Source: Balanoglossus misakiensis (taxonomy: Eukaryota > Animalia > Hemichordata). Taken from it: a stretch of 64,000 nucleotides of DNA. Of this stretch, positions 59,401 to 64,000 are shown one piece after another (the stretch's first letter is position 1; every line of letters starts with the position of its first letter). Location of the stretch: contig CM082580.2 in the NCBI GenBank assembly GCA_040954595.2, positions 6,145,519-6,209,518 on the forward strand. The letters run 5' to 3'. The notes under the pieces were generated by a model. That model had not been told where the DNA came from. It worked only from the letters and a program-made list of their open reading frames with translations, and searched no databases. A program made the position numbers and the translations under genes.

Positions 59401-62400
59401 GGAAAATAATCATCTAAGTGTGTACGTTTTTCCTACTTTTTAATCGATTTTAGTTCCCTGTGCAAATACACAACGCATCTGGCGTGTCTAAACGTTTCGT
59501 GTCTGTATGTCTGTATCCCAAGGCGGAAACTTCACCCTAAAAGCATTACAGACCAAATGCTACAACTCTGAGAGAGTTGTGTTTCCACCTGTGAACAAAT
59601 TCTGTGGCAAGGTGGCGGCCATTTTGAACGAGTAATCATAAAACGATGACGTCGGCGACAAAAGTATTATGGGATAGTAGGGGCTTCTAACGCCGTATCA
59701 GTTTGCCTTTAATCTTTAAACGTATGGTCTCTTTTTTTTAATCCCATGCTTCGTCATATAATGAATTGGCAGTTCCTAAAATCGGAATAATAAGCTGTTT
59801 CTACTCCATCTAATTATTTTATAACCGATGGATAACAAACTGACTCCGTTTACATTCCTGCGTTATGTACACTATATTTAATGAAATTGTCATATAATAT
59901 GACTGGAGAATGACTTCCACAAGTGTGTTTCAAGGATTTATGACTTTATGGTCAGGTAATCCGAAGCTGAATGACCGTACTCGTGTCGTAAAAGACTTAA
60001 CTCCACCTGTGAGATATTTAATTAGCGGCAGACATATCCCTCGTGTCAACTGTAGCAGCGCATTCTGGAAGCATCTGACGAATTCACACAAGGATCTCTG
60101 ACGTCACCCGCTAGCTGATATATTTAATTTCGAACTTCAGAAAAAAAAATTATGATCACGAATGCGATACCAAGATCGCGAACTTTAACTTTTAATATTT
60201 CTCACGAGAGAGGGAGAGAGAGAGGGAGAGTCTAAAACGAGAAAATTATCAAAATATCTGAGTCTCCATCCCTTAAAGTTTAGTTTAATCAAAGTTCATT
60301 CGACAAAAAATGAAAATTCTTCATCAGTGTTAGACATGCTCTGTAGGCTCTCAAGATGGCGAATGCTAATGACGTAACACCCGCCATCTGATAGTAGCCA
60401 TGCAGCCGAAAAATTGCAGGCAACACTTTTCCCAGAAGAAGCCAAAGGCAAGGTCATTACAAATTGGAGCTTTCTGGAATTGAACGCACGGGGTTTCGTG
60501 TTTTGAAGGCTTTTCAATTTGCCGATCCCAATGCATTGAGCACGTGCTCTTTTGTGTTAAATCCGCCATCCCAGAAATACGGTGGCCTTGAATTTTAATA
60601 GCCAAGTGCGCTCGCTCGCAGATAGACCAGACGTCCAATTGAGGCGTAATTCGACTAGAACTTCCCCGGGGCGACTCGGAGGAGAAACGTGTCGGCAAAG
60701 ACACCTTCAAATTGCAGTCGTTCTCAAACGACACTCGATACAGCTCATCGATTAGTGCGGCCGACAGACAAAGCGCCGTATCCAGGTTTGTTCGTGTGTC
60801 TGCCTGTTGCAATTACCTACCCGCGAATTTTCGCTCCTATTTGAGACATTTCTGCTTCACAGAACATCGCTAATCCGCATTGAACATGAACGAGGATGTA
60901 ACAGCGTGATAATAGCGTTCCCTTCTTTCCGTTTGGCGCTTTCCAGAGCGCATCAGCGCGTTCGCTCAGAAATGTCAACGGCCTCCCTCAAGGTCCTGCC
61001 TTCTAAATAGACGCGCCTGGCGAACAAAGAATGGTACAAAAAGTGTTGAAGAAAAGAAATGACATGTATCTTGTTCATATAGATATTTTGTAGCACACGT
61101 TACGTTTTTCGCCTTGAACATCCTCCATCGCCTGAACAGTTTCGGTTTTTTTCCCCGTAAAAAATAAAAAGCATACGACACATATTCACACGCAATTATT
61201 ACTTTCAAGTCAAACTAACAATCCCTCACGAAAAGTTGACCCTCCTTTCCATTTGAATTTTTACGTCGGAACTTCAAGAGCCGGGGTTCTTCACAAAAGC
61301 AGAAAATCTCAATTCACTGAAACTCTCCTTATGATAAAACGAGATGTTATTATTCATCCAATGTATTTTTTCTATTCAGTCTTTCCGATTCAATGGAACG
61401 AAGGCCGCTCCCTTTGAATGTTTACTAAATCCCTTTGCCTGAAATTCGATATATTCTATGATATCATGTCGTGCACGGTTAATAACCCAGTATTATCCAC
61501 TGTTGCTTTTTAAAATGTCTCTTCGTGAAGTATTTAGTTTGCGTGTCATATCCATTTATTCATTTTTCTCTCTTTTACGTCGACAGTGAAACCATCACAA
61601 TATTTAAATATAAGGCGCTCTCTGTGTCTGTCTGTCACATATATATCACTTACCGATCGACCGATTTATTAATTGGTTTCTTTCTTTCTTTATTTTATTG
61701 ATTAATTTATTAACTTACTTGCTTACCCACATACCCTATTTACTTATTTACATACTGCGTAGAACATATACTTTCTTTCTTATTTACTAACTTACTTACA
61801 AATTTATTTCCAAAAGAGGCATTAATTTATCAACACTATAGTCGTTATTCCATCGTCGCAAACCACGACCTCTTTGCGGCAACAGTTTTCGGAGTAGACT
61901 CTGGCTCGCGAGAATGCGTTATTCTCGAATGCTGATGTCTGGGTGCCATGACTGTCTGTTTGTGTCTCTGATGTGGACACTAACTCTTCAGCGATGTAGT
62001 GCTAATCTCTGGACATAAAACGGGCATTTGACTACATTTGGAATTCAAAATGGCTGCCCATAGACATTTGAACTAGATCGTGCTTGAAAACAAGAAGTTG
62101 AGAGCTCAAGTTTTCATCTGTAAGGTATCATCTACCGTCATTGAAGATGGTGTCATTATTTCGCGATAATTTTTCAGGATCTTAATTTAAATTTCGTTTG
62201 ATGAATAGTGTACATTTCTCACGATTTTACACATTTTCTACCTTGACCTGTATTTCGGCAAATGGGTTACTAGTATCATAGTATATATGTTAAAGTAACA
62301 CTGAACAGTGATCGTTCGATTCTCGGGTCAATTAATACTGTAAAAATATTCTTACAAAATGTTTCTCCTATTAGGAAATAAAATCCGTATTCTCAACGAC

Positions 62401-63512
62401 AGAAAGAGGAGAGAAAGAAGGGAAGTTAACGCTGTCGCCAGCCGATCGTCTGCGTCACTTTCAATATGGCGTCAGGCGGGTGACAACCAAATAAGTGACG
62501 TGTAATAATAGCGGGTATTTTTGACAAAATGAGACTACGGTGAAAGGAATAGCCGAGAGGAACACGTCAGCTTGTGGTCTAATGAGCTGTTCGAGAAAGC
62601 CACAGCCGATATGCAAGCCTTGCGGGTGAGAATTAAAATTGAAAGCTGTCAAGACACTTCAGCCCCTTAATGTCCCAATTATACACTTTTCAATCGGTGA
62701 ACTCTGACCCCGTAGCAAGCAGCCTCGTTACAGCCATTCTTGTCCCATATTACACTTACAATGGCAACTGTGCGGCTCGATTCTCAATTCATCTGTGCCA
62801 TCTTCTCAAACCGCATTTCTCTTAATCAGAATACGGCAATATACTGTATGAATAATTTATGTGTAACCAGCTCGAGGTTTCGAAACGGCACAAATGCTTC
62901 TCATGAAAGCAACCGCCATTTCACAGAACCTGGCTCGGTCCCAGAACAAAGGTTCGGAGACTACTATACCGCCAACCTTTGAAAAACGTTCCACAGAAAT
63001 ATTCAACAGCTGCTAGCTGCCGCACTATACGGTGCAGTCAAATTTCCTTTGCGAAAATTAAAAAGGGGCGGATGATTTCTGGGGGACAAATACGGCACCA
63101 AGGATATCCGGCACAATAGTTCCAACTCCAAGTGAAACAATGAAGGGATACACTCTATAGGACGTTCCACCAATCACGTTACGCGGAACTATAACTAGAC
63201 CGCCAATTTGTTCCGAGCGCTTCAGTTTTTTTATGACATTCACCAAAATCGATTGTCTGGAGTTAACAAAACGACACTGATCTGCAGCTATAGTTACCGC
63301 GCAGACACCCATTAAAGATAACGGCCTTTCCAGGTGCTTTGTGCAAGGAAATTGCACCGTTTACCCTTAAAACTAACAATTTTCGGGGGTCGAGTAAAGC
63401 AAAAATTTTAAGATTCGATGTCGGCTATAAGCCACGTCTCGATTGCATGCGTTAGTCTACTGTGTGAATTCAATGTAAATTGGCGTTGATTTTCCACGGG
63501 AACTGAGTAATA

Positions 63513-63565
63513 CTACGGCGTTTTACCATAAAAACATACTATGTTTTTATGGTAAAACGCCGTAG
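63513..63565. repeat. 53-bp palindrome (26-bp arms, 1-nt centre)
   Basis: ctacggcgttttaccataaaaacata-c-tatgtttttatggtaaaacgccgtag. Confidence 0.9.
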
Positions 63566-64000
63566 AATTTACTAGACCTGCCCGACACAATCCCTACAAA
63601 TATTTGTCCTAGTGAGTACATGTACATATCTCTCGGATTCAACGCAAATCAGACAGCGTGCACCGCGCGTAGTCTAGCGCCACCATATTTTTGTTGACCT
63701 CAAGACAGGACAGTCGTGTTTTGCTGTCGGCCGCGAGGATCACCCCTGACCACACATCCCTGTCCTGTGTTTCACAAAATAACCGTCTGTGTTTTGTCAT
63801 CGCTCTGGAACGGGCGACTCCCTTGTGATCTACCACCCGGGCGTAATTCAAACACAACAGACCACCGCCGTGTAATTTCGGGGACAACTTTTGAGTTGTT
63901 TGGCTTTCGGGGTGGGATAATGGGGCTCTGGCCTGTAAAAGTCTTACGTTATTCCCAACTTTTCCTGATAAAACCTATTAACCCTTAACCTCGGAACCTC

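Noticed and set aside
55861-63988. Short ORFs and exon-like segments (e.g. 56496-56580 with KRGRP, 58654-58842, 60366-60812, 62540-62625)
   Set aside because: No recognisable domains and interrupted frames. They could be lncRNA exons or decayed repeats, but this is unsupported without transcript data.

Overview
Eukaryotic, intron-rich invertebrate deuterostome-type DNA; the exact taxon cannot be determined from the sequence alone. The first 36 kb is gene-dense. It holds the 5' part of INPP1 (-), a small three-exon MPLKIP/TTDN1 gene (+) that the ORF track misses, CDK12/13 (-, 8 coding exons), WDR24 (+, 18 coding exons) and a BAMBI-like pseudoreceptor (+, 4 exons). The remaining 28 kb is gene-poor. 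It contains an otherwise intact 5S rRNA gene split by a ~447-bp hairpin-ended insertion, several non-autonomous DNA transposons (one nested), an intronless otopetrin, an apparently intact U1 snRNA gene and probable cis-regulatory DNA. The most notable observations are the split 5S gene with its structured insert and the convergent MPLKIP-CDK12/13 pair, which mirrors the human CDK13-MPLKIP arrangement. Exon boundaries were read by hand from GT/AG sites and checked for frame.
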